Shown here one piece after another: positions 1 to 12,919 of a DNA stretch of 64,000 nucleotides; the first letter of the stretch is position 1, and each line of letters opens with the position of its first letter. The DNA comes from Pecten maximus (Eukaryota): assembly GCF_902652985.1 (NCBI RefSeq), contig NC_047024.1, forward strand, positions 25,110,001 to 25,174,000, read 5' to 3'. The position numbers and the translations under genes are program-made. A model generated the notes under the pieces. That model had not been told where the DNA came from and made no database searches. It saw only the letters and a list, made by a program, of their open reading frames with translations.

Positions 1-2410
1 TAACTTTTAATTAACAAAAACTGCGTCATCATAATGCTTGGTTGATAAAGGATATAAATAAAGACTGAACACAAGCGCTGGAAAGGCTTGAATTCTACAT
101 CAGCTATATAACAACAGCCCCATACGTAAATACCAGTCAATGAATCATTCAACGGAACGATACAAAGACCACTCACACGAAGACACTGTGTAAACATTGA
201 CGTTAATTGCATGTTCTTTATCCTGATAACATCACTGTAACAAAAATAGTAAAAAAGCGCTGTATAAGTTGTCTACCAGGAAAGATCAAGGGATATATGT
301 ATATATATATTTGCTCTATCTTATTCTTAATCTGTGTCGTTAGTGTTTCGGCCCTCCAGGATCGAGTGTGGTTTACCGACGTTTTTTTGTTGGGGTCACT
401 GAAGAAACCCATGAATAAGGATGCGACTTAAAAAAAATGCAGGATGCGACTTAAAAATGCACCCCCCTCCTAACCCCTAACCCCCCTCCCAGGAAGAATC
501 GATGATTTCTTCTCTTCTCCTTGAATTCTTCTCAGGGGACAAAGCGGAGATCGCAACTGACCTGCAGCTACTCCCATGCTCCCAATACCACAATGGATAT
601 CTCTTTGGCTTTTCCTTTCTTTCTTTTCTTCTATTTCTTCCCGGGTTTTGTTTGTTATAATTTGATGGAGTCTCACTGGTCGCCCGTCTTTATTCACGCA
701 TTGAACTGCTGTTAATTGGAAGCTATGAATGCCAGCTAGACAAATGCAAATTTAATGAAGCGCGCTAGCTGCAGTATAAATTCAAATATAAAACCACGAA
801 ACAAACATACGTTTTGCCACTAAGCTAAAAGTTATCATTTTTGCAGTTGGTGATAGACTTCTCCGAAAGTCCGAACTCGTTAAAACCCTGGACAAGGTAG
901 ACAATAATTTGGTGGATATTCTTCAGAAAAGGCGATGTGACCAGGAACATGCGATGGCACTTGATTTCTCCAGACAGCTGAAGGTAAATAGCCAGATATA
1001 TCTCACGACGAGTCTCACCTCATCATATATACACCTCTCAAGATGAGTCTCGCAATATGTAAATCTAAAATGAGGTATATATTATGTTCTATATATAGCT
1101 CGAGTTGGGTGTCTCGAGGTTATACTCTATAAACGAAGTAGGTTGGGGTTGTCGTTACTTGGATTAACCTGTTTGTCCGGAAGTTTAAGGGGGAATTGTC
1201 CTGACAAACAGGTTGATTACTTGTGGCCGATTCCAATGCTATGTTATACATATCAAAACTTTACCCTGGAATTGTGCATCTGGACACATTTCTGTCATTC
1301 GGGCCCTTTTTATTGGACTTATGACCAATCATTGACATTCCTTGTCCAAATATTTACAGAAAGTTTAAACATATATAGGTAAACTAGAATGACCTGTCGC
1401 GTTGACCTTTTTGTGGAATATTCAAAGTGGGTAGTTCCATGATTGCACAGGTGTGTTAACAAAATATATTGATACGGAATACTACTGTGTCCAGCAGGGT
1501 GCTGTTTTGGACCATCCGTTTTTGTTACAATTTTATATTGACAATACAGGGATTGTATCATTTACTTTTGATGCATGGGTAACACATATTCAAGTAACTA
1601 TGTGATCAATTGTTCACATCTTAACAGTTTTGCCGCTAAATCTAGACCAGTATAAATACAAATGATGCAGCTGATGATATGGTTTGTTACATTATAAAAA
1701 AAACTAACATATATACATGTATATATACAAAGCACCTATTTCCCCTAAATGACTATAGACTCGTCTGTAATCAACACGACAGGTCATTCTGAACGGACTA
1801 TACCATGTAATGTTGATATATTGTGTGTTAAATTTTCATGATTGAATTGATATAAATAAATCTATGTCTTATGGTGAAAACAGGCTCATCAAAAAGAATG
1901 TAATAATTTCATTCGGAACCCGAATTTGATTAATCTTTGAACCTTTATTAAAAAATAACTATTTTGTGGTCAATTCTTCCTAAACTACTGCATTTATTTC
2001 AACACAATATGATTAGTTTGATCAGTATCATAGCATGCATAGTTGTGTATCTTATTTCCCCCAAAATATTTCATGTTTATGAATCTATCAAGATTACCCC
2101 ATAATATTTGTAACATATTTTCCTTCAAACCTGCTTATAAGTGAAATGAAATGTCACCAAATTTCGTTGCAATGATGACTAGAACGGAGGTTGAGCTGAA
2201 CCTGGTTGGTCAAAATGCAGCCGTTCAGATAAACCTGAACATTAGTATGTGGAAGTTTGCACAACAATTTATCAACCACTTGTCATCTGTGCAGTTTAAA
2301 GTTTAGAAGTCATTAAAATGTTGCAGCGTACTTAGAAACTTATCTATTTATTAAAAAAAATGTGTTACTTCAAATGAGATCAAACTGTGGAAATCCGTAT
2401 ATGGAGAAGG

Positions 2411-4711
2411 ATGTTTGACCCAAAAGGCCGAAAGCACTATTATCATAATACTGATTTATACCAACAGATAGCTGAGCTGAAGATGATTCTAGTAAGACAA
2501 CAGAGCTACATCCAAAGACTTGAGCTACAGAATAAGGAGCTGGACGGAGTCCTTAGAGGGGTTCTCTTCGACCCTGACACAGAGCAGGTAGGTTAAAACC
2601 TTGGGTGTAAGCAGGCATTTTCTGGCCTCTCAGTCTGTTATGCGTTAACTTTGCATAAATCCTTCTGTATGAAGCAGAAGACGCTTACTCTTTCTGAACT
2701 TCTGGTCTTATTCTTCCTGTACTATTTTTAGGTTCTCCGTGCAGATCTAGATTTTTTGTTCATGTTTTGCTTTTGCCTTCGTTTTTCCGACTTTGATTTA
2801 GAATTATGATTTTTTTATTATGTCGGTTTTTCCCTTCGTTTTTTCATCGAATTGGAGTTAGAATTATTATTTTGTTTTTATGTTGGTATTCTCTGTTATT
2901 TTTATTTTATTAATTAAGCAATTAGTCTATCGAACGAATATATGCTTTAATGTTAATTATTCGACAATACTTTTATGATTTAATAAAACTATATTTAGAT
3001 GTGCAATTCGCTTTTGTGTTATTGTTCAATCTTAGAAGGTTATATGCTTTACCAATGCCCAGGCTTTGCCACATCGCTCATTCATGGCCATGAAATAATA
3101 TTTCATATATAACCCTATGAAATTGGTCGGTTTCAGTTCAGCGGCAATTACTTTGTGCGAAACGCTGTACAAAGCGGTGAGGGGTTCAGCACTATGGCAG
3201 ATATATTACACTGTGACAACGCCAGTTACCTCCCCGGCAAGTCAACAGACCCAGACATGGTTGGCTCACAGACGTTTGACATCGGTAAGTGTTTAAGTGT
3301 AAACATTGGTTAATGCTACTCTCTCGCTAATGTGAGGATTCAATCAGACTAATAACACAACAAATATTCAATTTTTGTTGATACTAAAATATCGTAAACA
3401 TTTACTTTTTTCAACATCATTGCCCAAATGGATGTTATTGTGTTTGTTAAACGTCCTCACCACAGCCAGTCATATAAGGAAGAGGCATGGCTGGCTGTAA
3501 TTTCGTGACTAACTGCTATAGATGCTTTCACACGAATATTTTTTTTTAATTAATTTAAAAAAAGGAAAGAAAAAAAAGAAAATTGAAAGTTTTGGGTGTA
3601 AGCAGACATTTATCTGGCGTCTGTTGAGGCGTTCTTTGCATAAAATCCTTCTGTATTAAGTAGAAGACGCAAACTCTTTCTGAACGCCTGGTCTTATTCT
3701 TCCTGTACTATTTCAAGGATATCCGTGCTGACCTAGATTTTTTTTAATATTTGGTTTTCAATTTCTACGTTCAAAAACACTGCTTTTTAATAATAAACGT
3801 ATCAATGTTATTCCTATTACTATCTTTGAAATACAGATCATCATGGTACACTACGTCATGAAGATCTGACTGGTCGGTCAGGGGTCGTGTTCAGATGACC
3901 AACCATTCATAACTTGAAATATTTTGCCAGACTCTGCTTCCCTCGGAAAGCTCATGGCTTGTCCCCACTGAATAGATAATATCCGAGTGTCCCGAATGTC
4001 AACCAAACTAAAATGGCTGCGCCCATCGCCAGCCACTTCTCGTCCAAAACGATATGGTTTAGTGGACAAAGTATGCGTAGTTTTCTGGATTTTTCATTGT
4101 TGTAACGAACAATGCCCCGGAAGGAAAGGAAGAAGCAAAACAACAAATAGACCAGAGGCTAATTATTTTTTCAAAACTGTTTCGATAGCCTGTTTTATTT
4201 GCACACACTGCCGAACAGGCATATTGGAGACGCTTTTTGATTGGCTAAAATATACCTTTGTACGGTAAGCATTGAGGTCAACTGAACATGACCCTTACCG
4301 GCCAACGTCAGATCTTCATAACGTTGTGTATAATAATGATCTGTATGTCAAGTAGCATGTTTTTATCGTTAATTAACCAAGATTATATTTTATTGTTCTG
4401 TCTAAGGGTCGAAAGCTCAACGTCTGTCTGCCGAGAGAGAGGTGATATTTGATCCTAAAATGCTGAGGTACATGTGCCAAGAAACTCTAGCGGCCATTAA
4501 TTCTGACATCGCCGAGATAGGCTCTGGTGAAAAGGTCAAACATGGACATGACCCGGAAATAATTCAAGTACTTGATGGCGAGGCCAGGGATCTCAATAAC
4601 TCGGGGGATGAGATAGCCAGCAAAGCGATAGTGACAAAAGTGGAACCAACAGAAACAGCAACGGATCCCGTCCTCGACATCAACGGGAACATTAATCTGT
4701 CATTGATCTAG
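2411..4711 (+). CDS. Orphan 3-exon protein with N-terminal coiled coil, copy 1 (~209 aa from ATG 2411)
   Basis: Exons 2411-2587 (CAG|GTAGGT, phase 0), 3137-3284 (TTTCAG| ... G|GTAAGT, phase 1) and 4407-4711 (CTAAG|) join into one open frame: MFDPKGRKHYY...LYQQIAELKMILVRQQSYIQRLELQNKELDGVL...FSGNYFVRNAVQ...GSKAQRLSAEREVIFDPKML...INLSLI*. AATAAA follows near 4894. No recognisable homolog. Confidence 0.65.
3826..4351. mobile_element. MITE-like element (~525 bp, ~75 bp imperfect TIRs) in intron 2 of the orphan gene, copy 1
   Basis: Left end TTGAAATACAGATCATCATGGTACACTACGTCATGAAGATCTGAC... is an imperfect reverse complement of right end ...GTCAGATCTTCATAACGTTGTGTATAATAATGATCTGTATGTCAA. Confidence 0.8.
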
Positions 4712-6267
4712 AAAGGAACAAACTGTTAAATCTGTTTTATCAGTCAAAACGTAGGTCATTTTCGAGGTGATATGATATGTTTGTCATTTGTTATCGTTGA
4801 GGTCAATGTATTTATGATATTGTGGTCAAAGTTTAAAAAAAAAACATGGCATGACTTGAAAATGTAAAAGAAAATTGTTAGTATTGATATTGTAATAAAA
4901 ATACTGTGGTAAGTGTTGATATAATTACAGAACTATCGTCGTAAATGTTTTGTATTATTATAAAATGTCTTTTGTAAATTTTGATATTCCAATAGAATGA
5001 CGTGACAAGTGCTGTTATTGTTCTTAAAAGACATTTATCAGTTTTATATTGTAATTGAATAAATGTTGTCTTTGTAAGCATTGTACAGGAAAGGAAGTCC
5101 ATAACTTAACGATAAAAATGTGATGCATGTATTACAAATCAAATTTATCTTTTGTAATTATTTAGTATAAATGTTACATTGTTTAATATACCAATGATAC
5201 AGTTGTATACTCAATAAATTACAGCTTATTATGTTTAAAACAGAAAAGACATTTTCTTTTATCATTTGGATAGTTTGCTTCCATTCCCCGACACATTTTA
5301 AAATATGCGTTTTACTAGACATTTTTCATTTTGAGGTAGACATAACGGAACGTGGAGATGGACACCGAGGCAAGTAACAGAAAGGCTATCTCAAAAGCTT
5401 TCAAGAAATACCGATAAAAACATCAATTGTCAAGTAGGTCCATATGTATGGGTACTTGATACAATACGGCGTCAATAATTTTTTTTAAATGACCACTGTA
5501 TTGATCTCCGTCTCAGCGCTCTTCACCAGGTTACCATCTGAAGTCACGATCTGATTGAAAGAACTGCACAATTTCCCGGTATAAAACTTGTATTTGTAAT
5601 AGTTGGTCCTTTCATAAGCATTTTTAAATGATTGGTTTATTCAAAAACTGTTCACCAAAAATATCAGTACTATAATGCGGTCGACTTATACGCGTAATAG
5701 AATCAAGTATTATTTCACATGGATGTGCTACGTCTACTGATGATTGTCAGAATACTACAATAGATAGACTTTATGTATACATGTGATAACAATAAATACA
5801 TAAAATAGGATATGGCAAGGCTATAGTCTATGTAGCAATACTGTGGTATTTTGTCGCTTTCGTTTGTCCTCTTATGATTGAAGTAATATATAAGCATGCT
5901 ACTTTTTGTTGCATTCTTATTTTAGCGCATACCTAATTTGAATAAACTAGCGAAATAATAAATTGGTGCATCCAAAATACTTTAAATTGAAATAAGCACA
6001 ATCACAAATTATCCGGATGGTATCAGCGTGACACCCGTTAAAATAAGATTATCGCCAACATATGTATGTTTACAGTAACCGATAGAAAACTAAAGGAATT
6101 CGCAATTATATATATACATAAGATATATACAATGTTTGTTATAACGTAAATTAAGTAATATCACAAAAAATACTATTAATAATATTGTAACCAAGACATA
6201 AGCGATGGTCAAATAAATTTGCCTGATGTGTCAGTCCTATCAATGCTGACATTTTAAAATCTTGAAT

Positions 6268-8014
6268 TTAGTCAACATACCAGTCCATAGGGTGATTAGC
6301 TACATTGTCACCTCTATGTTGATGTTCACCGATCGTCCAACGTGTCTCCTTCATCTCGCCATTTGTCGTTAGAATCAAAATTCTCCAAAATGGAATAAAG
6401 TTGGTGTCATTGTCGTCGAATTCCATCAAACGAAAAACCTGAGCTGCAACGTTACCATCGGTACTCACTTCGATGTTATCTGCGGTCACGATGAGTCTTT
6501 CTGTAGCCGATAGTTTAACGATACATCGCAATCTTGATCCGGCTCGAACAGCTTTTGCTAAATCAAGCTTCGATCCTTCAATAGCAGATCCACTTGTACC
6601 AGTACCAAGAACAAGACGCCATTGTCTTGTGTCAACAAACCACTGAGCAGCCGTGGTCGATTTATCATACCCCGCCTTCAGGGAGGTACCACGATGGTAG
6701 AGGTCTGTAAATATATCTCCATTTGTCGATATTCTGACCAGTTTAGATATGACATTGCCTACATTCTGTTGAGTTTCTGTCGATGATACAACCTGGCTCA
6801 GTAGCTGAGCAGTGACAATACCGTTGTTAATGGCAATGTTATCTGCATTCATTGCATAACTGTCAAATACAATTCGAACCCTCCTGCCTTGGTTTATCAT
6901 GTCCAGTAGTTCTTGTTTGGAACCAAGAGTTTCATCGCCATTCTTTCCGTGGGAAAAGCTATGAGTCCAACAATAGTCTGCAAACCAATTATTGTCGCAT
7001 GTATTTGCAAACGATTGTGTCAAGATTGTACCAGCTCCGATGGACGGACGAGAAACTTCTTTGGAACCAAATGATGATTTCAATACCACAAACCAGTAGA
7101 AAGGACTTGTATACCATTGGCTAAAATCGGAGAGTCCCAGCAATGACCCAACTCTCCAAACAGTTTGAGACGCTATTCCACAACTATCGTCAGTAAGTTC
7201 AATGCGATCAGCAGAATAAATATAATTTGATGTTCCACTTCGGTTTTCCAACATTCTAATGCCCGCGCCCTCCTCTGCAGCCTTGAAAAGGTCATACAGG
7301 CTACCACAGGTCGAAGATCCGTTGGCATGGTTACAGTACACAGGGTTCACCTGCGAGTCTGTTTGCATCAATGGTCTGTATGATATTTGAATATAATTGT
7401 AAGTACAATATAACATTGACCGATATCCAGTTCTCTAAACTTTGAATATAAATTGCTGACAGTCTTTCGCTATCTACCCTAATATATAATTTGAAATTAT
7501 ACGTACTGTTGTATATGTAATTATATACTTACAGATAAGTTTTTATATGAAAATACCGACCGCTCCTAAAATGCCATAACGGAACACATTAAAGCAGGAA
7601 TTATCAGAAAATGTGAGATCAACAAATATAGATACCTTTGCCATAGGCATACGTACCTGGTAAACCAAATGGAATGCTTGCCTATTGGCAATGTAGATGA
7701 CGGATTTTCTGATTTGCCAAGGTAGACCTTGCCAAAATGTACAAGCCCATGATCGCACACCTTGACAAATTTCCAGTACATATTTGACACAAAAGTGCCC
7801 CAGCTGCTCTTTGATAGAACAAAAAGAGAAGCTGCACAGACGACGCCATCTTTAATCATAATGTCGTCAACCTCTAAGTAAACATCAGGTGGCAGGTGTA
7901 TCCTCATGTCATCGCCTCTTATCGCGGCAGACAGCACATCAGCTCTGCTACCGTTAAGAACACTGCCGTCTGCGTCCACCTCGAACAATATTTCCCATGT
8001 TTCACTGCAGTTGG
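6268..8014 (-). CDS. Duplicated 3' exon cassette (exons 3+4) of the secreted four-repeat protein, copy 1; no 5' exons of its own
   Basis: Exon 3 8014-7657 (TTAAAG| ... AG|GTACGT) and exon 4 7375-6268 (ATACAG|); open frame ending HPMDWYVD*. Confidence 0.75.
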
Positions 8015-9340
8015 CTTTAACAAAAATGTTTCGCAGCTGTACAACAATATAAGATGCATTGATAAGCATTAAACAACAAAATTACGTAACATATTGTTTC
8101 CAATTTCGACCAAAATTGGACAGAATTAAGAATTGATGAATGCTGAAAATGCACTATAGACCCTTTTGTGGTCTTTTTAGCACGTTTAGTCAGAATTTAA
8201 TTTAAATAGCTTATAAGCTGAATTGATTCTGAAAATGTACACAGTGACCCTACCCCTTACTCATCAGGCCTCCTTGTTCATGGAAGTTTCTTGGTCATTA
8301 TTTTAAAATATTTGCGACCAAAAGATATGAGACGTAAAAATAGGTCAATGTGACCTACCTTTTCAGTTTTTCAGTTTTTGACATTTCTAAATCCGATACC
8401 TACTTACCAAAAACTACATAAATAAGGGGACTATGGGTCTAATAATGACATCTAGTGATGTTTGACTTCCTTCAGTTTTGAAAAAAACCACCCACACAAA
8501 TACATAAATAAATAGGTGAATAAATAAAATAAAATGAAATAATAAAAAATACCAAATCTCAACGCAATCCAATGGGATGTCTAAGTTCAAGAGCCCTCGT
8601 CTGGAAAAACATATCATTCTCCTTCACCCCCCCCCCCCCCCCCTCCCCCACCCCCACCCGTTCCCAGGAAGAATCAAGGATTTCTTCTCTTCTCCTTGAC
8701 TTCTTCTCAGGGGACAAAGCGGAGATCGCAACTGACCTGTAGCTGCTCCCATGTTCCCAATACCACAATGGATATCTCTTTGGCTTTTCCTTTCTTTCTT
8801 TTCTTCTATTTCTTCTCGGGTTTTGATTGTTATAATTTGTTGGAGTCTCACTGGTCGCTAGTCTTTATTCACGCATTGAACTGCTGTCAATTGGAAGCTA
8901 TGAATGCCAGCTGGACAAATGCAAATTTAATGAAGCGCGCTAGCTGCAGTATAAATTCAAATATAAAACCACGAAACAAACATACGTTTTGCCACTAAGC
9001 TAAAAGTTATCATTTTTGCAGTTGGTGATAGACTTCTCCGAAAGTCCGAACTCGTTAAAACCCTGGACAATGTAGACAATATTTTGGTGGATATTCTTCA
9101 GAAAAGGCGATGTGACCAGGAACATGCGATGGCACTGGATTTCTCCAGACAGCTGAAGGTAAATAGCCAGATATATCTCACGAGTAGTCTCATCTCATCA
9201 TATATACACCTCTCAAGATGAGTCTTGCAATATGTCAATCTAAAATGAGGTATATATTATGTTCTATATATAGCTCGAGTTGGGTGTCTCGAGGTTATAC
9301 TCTATAAACGAAGTAGGTTGGGGTTGTCGTTACTTGAATT

Positions 9341-9407
9341 AACCTGTTTGTCCGGACAATTCCCCCTTAAACTAAGTTTAAGGGGGAATTGTCCGGACAA
9401 ACAGGTT
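9341..9407. repeat. Perfect palindrome, 33 bp arms with 1 nt spacer (also 17557-17623; partly deleted at 1166-1214)
   Basis: AACCTGTTTGTCCGGACAATTCCCCCTTAAACT-A-AGTTTAAGGGGGAATTGTCCGGACAAACAGGTT. Confidence 0.95.
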
Positions 9408-10580
9408 GATTACTTGTGGCCGATTCCAATGCTATGTTATACATATCAACACTTTACCCTGGAATTGTGCATCTGGACACATTTCTGTCATTCGGGCCCT
9501 TTTTATTGAACTTATGACCAATCATTGACATTCCTTGTCCAAATATTTACAGAAAGTTTGAACATATATAGGTAAACTAGAATGACCTGTCGCGTTGACC
9601 TTTTTGTGGAATATTCAAAGTGGGTAGTTCCATGATTGCACAGGTGTGTTAACAAAATATATTGATACGGAATACTACTGTGTCCAGCAGGGTGCTGTTT
9701 TGGACCATCCGTTTTTGTTACAATTTTATATTGACAATACAGGGATTGTATCATTTACTTTTGATGCATGGGTAACACATATTCAAGTAACTATGTGATC
9801 AATTGTTCACATCTTAACAGTTTTGCCGCTAAATCTAGACCAGTATAAATACAAATGATGCAGCTGATGATATGGTTTGTTACATTATAAAAAAAACTAA
9901 CATATATACATGTATATATACAAAGCACCTATTTCCCCTAAATGACTATAGACTCGTCTGTAATCAACACGACAGGTCATTCTGAACGGACTATACCATG
10001 TAATGTTGATATATTGTGTGTTAAATTTTCATGATTGAATTGATATAAATAAATCTATGTCTTATGGTGAAAACAGGCTCATCAAAAAGAATGTAATAAT
10101 TTCATTCGGAACCCGAATTTGATTAATCTTTGAACCTTTGTTAAAAAATAATTATTTTGTGGTCAATTCTTCCTAAACTACTGCATTTATTTCAACACAA
10201 TATGATTAGTTTGATCAGTATCATAGCATGTAGTTGTGTATCTTATTTCCCCCAAAATATGTCATGTTTATGAATCTATCAAGATTACCCCATAATATAA
10301 ATTTGTAACATATTTTCCTTCAAACCTGCTTATAAGTGAAATGAAATGTCACCAAATTTCGTTGCAATGATGACTAGAACGGAGGTTGAGCTGAACCTGG
10401 TTGGTCAAAATGCAGCCGTTCAGATAAACCTGAACATTAGTATGTGGAAGTTTGCACAACAATTTATCAACCACTTGTCATCTGTGCAGTTTAAAGTTTA
10501 GCAGTCATTAAAATGTTGCAGCGTACTTAGAAACTTATCTATTTATGAAAAAAATGTGTTACTTCAAATGAGATCAAACT

Positions 10581-12919
10581 ATGGAAATCCGTATATGGAG
10601 AAGAAGGATGTTTGACCCAAAAGGCCGAAAGCACTATTATCATAATACTGATTTATACCAACAGATAGCTGAGCTGAAGATGATTCTAGTAAGACAACAG
10701 AGCTACATCCAAAGACTTGAGTTACAGAATAAGGAGCTGGACGGAGTCCTTAGAGGGGTTCTCTTCGACCCTGACACAGAGCAGGTAGGTTAAAACATTG
10801 GGTGTAAGCAGGCATTTTCTGGCCTCTCAGTCTGTTATGCGTTAACTTTGCATAAATCCTTCTGTATGAAGCAGAAGACGCTAACTCTTTCTGAACTTCT
10901 GGTCTTATTCTTCCTGTACTATTTTAAGGTTCTCCGTGCAGATCTAGATTTTTTGTTCATGTTTTGCTTTTGCCTTCGTTTTTCCGATTTTGATTTAGAA
11001 TTATGATTTTGTTATTATGTCGGTTTTTCCCTTCGTTTCAACGAATTGGAGTTAGAATTATTATTTTGTTTTTATGTTGGTATTCTCTGTTATTTTTATT
11101 TTATTAATTAAGCAATTAGTCTATCGAACGAATATATGCTTTAATGTTAATTATTCGACAATACTTTTATGATTTAATAAAACTATATTTAGATGTGCAA
11201 TTCGCTTTTGTGTTATTGTTCAATCTTAGAAGGTTATATGCTTTACCAATGCCCAGGCTTTGCCACATCGCTCATTCATGGCCATGAAATAATATTTCAT
11301 ATATAACCCTATGAAATTGGTCGGTTTCAGTTCAGCGGCAATTACTTTGTGCGAAACGCTGTACAAAGTGGTGAGGGGTTCAGCACTATGGCAGATATAT
11401 TACACTGTGACAACGCCAGTTACCTCCCCGGCAAGTCAACAGACCCAGACATGGTTGGCTCACAGACGTTTGACATCGGTAAGTGTTTAAGTGTATTTAT
11501 TTGTTTAAAACATTGGTTAATGCTACTCTCTCGCTAATGTGAGGATTCAATCAGACTAATAACACAACAAATGTTTAATTTTTGTTGATACTAAAATATC
11601 GTAAACATTTACTTTTTTCAACATCATTGCCCAAATGGCTGTTATTGTGTTTGTTAAACGTCCTCACCACAGCCAGTCATATAAGGAAGAGGCATGGTTG
11701 GTTGTAATTTCGTGACTAACTGCTATAGATGCTTTCACACGAATATTTTTTTTTAATTAATTTTAAAAAAGGAAAGAAAAAAAGAAGAAAATTGAAAGTT
11801 TTGGGTGTAAGCAGACATTTATCTGGCGTCTGTTGAGGCGTTCTTTGCATAAAATCCTTCTGTATTAAGTAGAAGACGCAAACTCTTTCTGAACGCCTGG
11901 TCTTATTCTTCCTGTACTATTTCAAGGATATCCGTGCTGACCTAGATTTTTTTAATATTTGGTTTTCAATTTCTACGTTCAAAAACACTGCTTTTTAATA
12001 ATAAACGTATCAATGTTATTCCTATTACTATCTTTGAAATACAGATCATCATGGTACACTACGTCATGAAGATCTGACTGGTCGGTCAGGGGTCGTGTTC
12101 AGATGACCAACCATTCATAACTTGAAATATTTTGCCAGACTCTGCTTCCCTCGGAAAGCTCATGGCTTGTCCCCACTGAATAGATAATATCCGAGTGTCC
12201 CGAATGTCAACCAAACTAAAATGGCTGCGCCCATCGCCAGCCACTTCTCGTCCAAAACGATATGGTTTAGTGGACAAAGTATGCGTAGTTTTCTGGATTT
12301 TTCATTGTTGTAACGAACAATGCCCCGGAAGGAAAGGAAGAAGCAAAACAACAAATAGACCAGAGGCTAATTATTTTTTCAAAACTGTTTCGATAGCCTG
12401 TTTTATTTGCACACACTGCCGAACAGGCATATTGGAGACGCTTTTTGATTGGCTAAAATATACCTTTGTACGGTAAGCATTGAGGTCAACTGAACATGAC
12501 CCTTACCGGCCAACGTCAGATCTTCATAACGTTGTGTATAATAATGATCTGTATGTCAAGTAGCATGTTTTTATCGTTAATTAACCAAGGTTATATTTTA
12601 TTGTTCTGTCTAAGGGTCGAAAGCTCAACGTCTGTCTGCCGAGAGAGAGGTAATATTTGATCCTAAAATGCTGAAGTACATGTGCCAAGAAACTCTAGCG
12701 GCCATTAATTCTGACATCGCCGAGATAGGCTCTGGTGAAAAGGTCAAACATGGACATGACCCGGAAATAATTCAAGTACTTGATGGCGAGGCCAGAGATC
12801 TCAATAACTCGGGGGATGAGATAGCCAGCAAAGCGATAGTGACAAAAGTGGAACCAACAGAAACAGCAACGGATCCCGTCCTCGACATCAACGGGAACAT
12901 TAATCTGTCATTGATCTAG
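10581..12919 (+). CDS. Orphan 3-exon coiled-coil protein, copy 2 (218 aa)
   Basis: Exons 10581-10784, 11331-11478 and 12615-12919; ATG start, all splice sites intact, 657 nt open frame. Confidence 0.65.
12034..12559. mobile_element. Same MITE-like element, copy 2
   Basis: Duplicated with the unit; same TIRs. Confidence 0.8.

Larger units (their letters stand above)
460..8630. repeat. Tandem segmental duplication, copy 1 of 3 (~8.2 kb unit)
   Basis: Sequence and ORFs recur at offsets of about +8206 and +18880 (e.g. 382-aa ORF at 6268, 14474 and 25160). Left boundary is at the CACCC/poly-C tract near 460. Confidence 0.95.

Noticed and set aside
468-486. Interstitial telomere (CCTAACCCCTAACCCC)
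   Set aside because: Only two imperfect units in a C-rich tract; not conserved in the other copies.
2600-2870. Minus-strand K/R/S-rich protamine-like peptide in intron 1 of the orphan gene
   Set aside because: Interrupted by stops and explained by T-rich intron composition.
3878-4268. 63-93 aa ORFs inside the MITE as a transposase or small genes
   Set aside because: No DDE or HTH motifs; their recurrence is explained by the segmental duplication.
6268-7416. 382-aa ORF as a complete intronless gene
   Set aside because: Its first 14 codons look intronic; a phase-matched acceptor at 7375 joins it to exon 3, and it has no signal peptide of its own.
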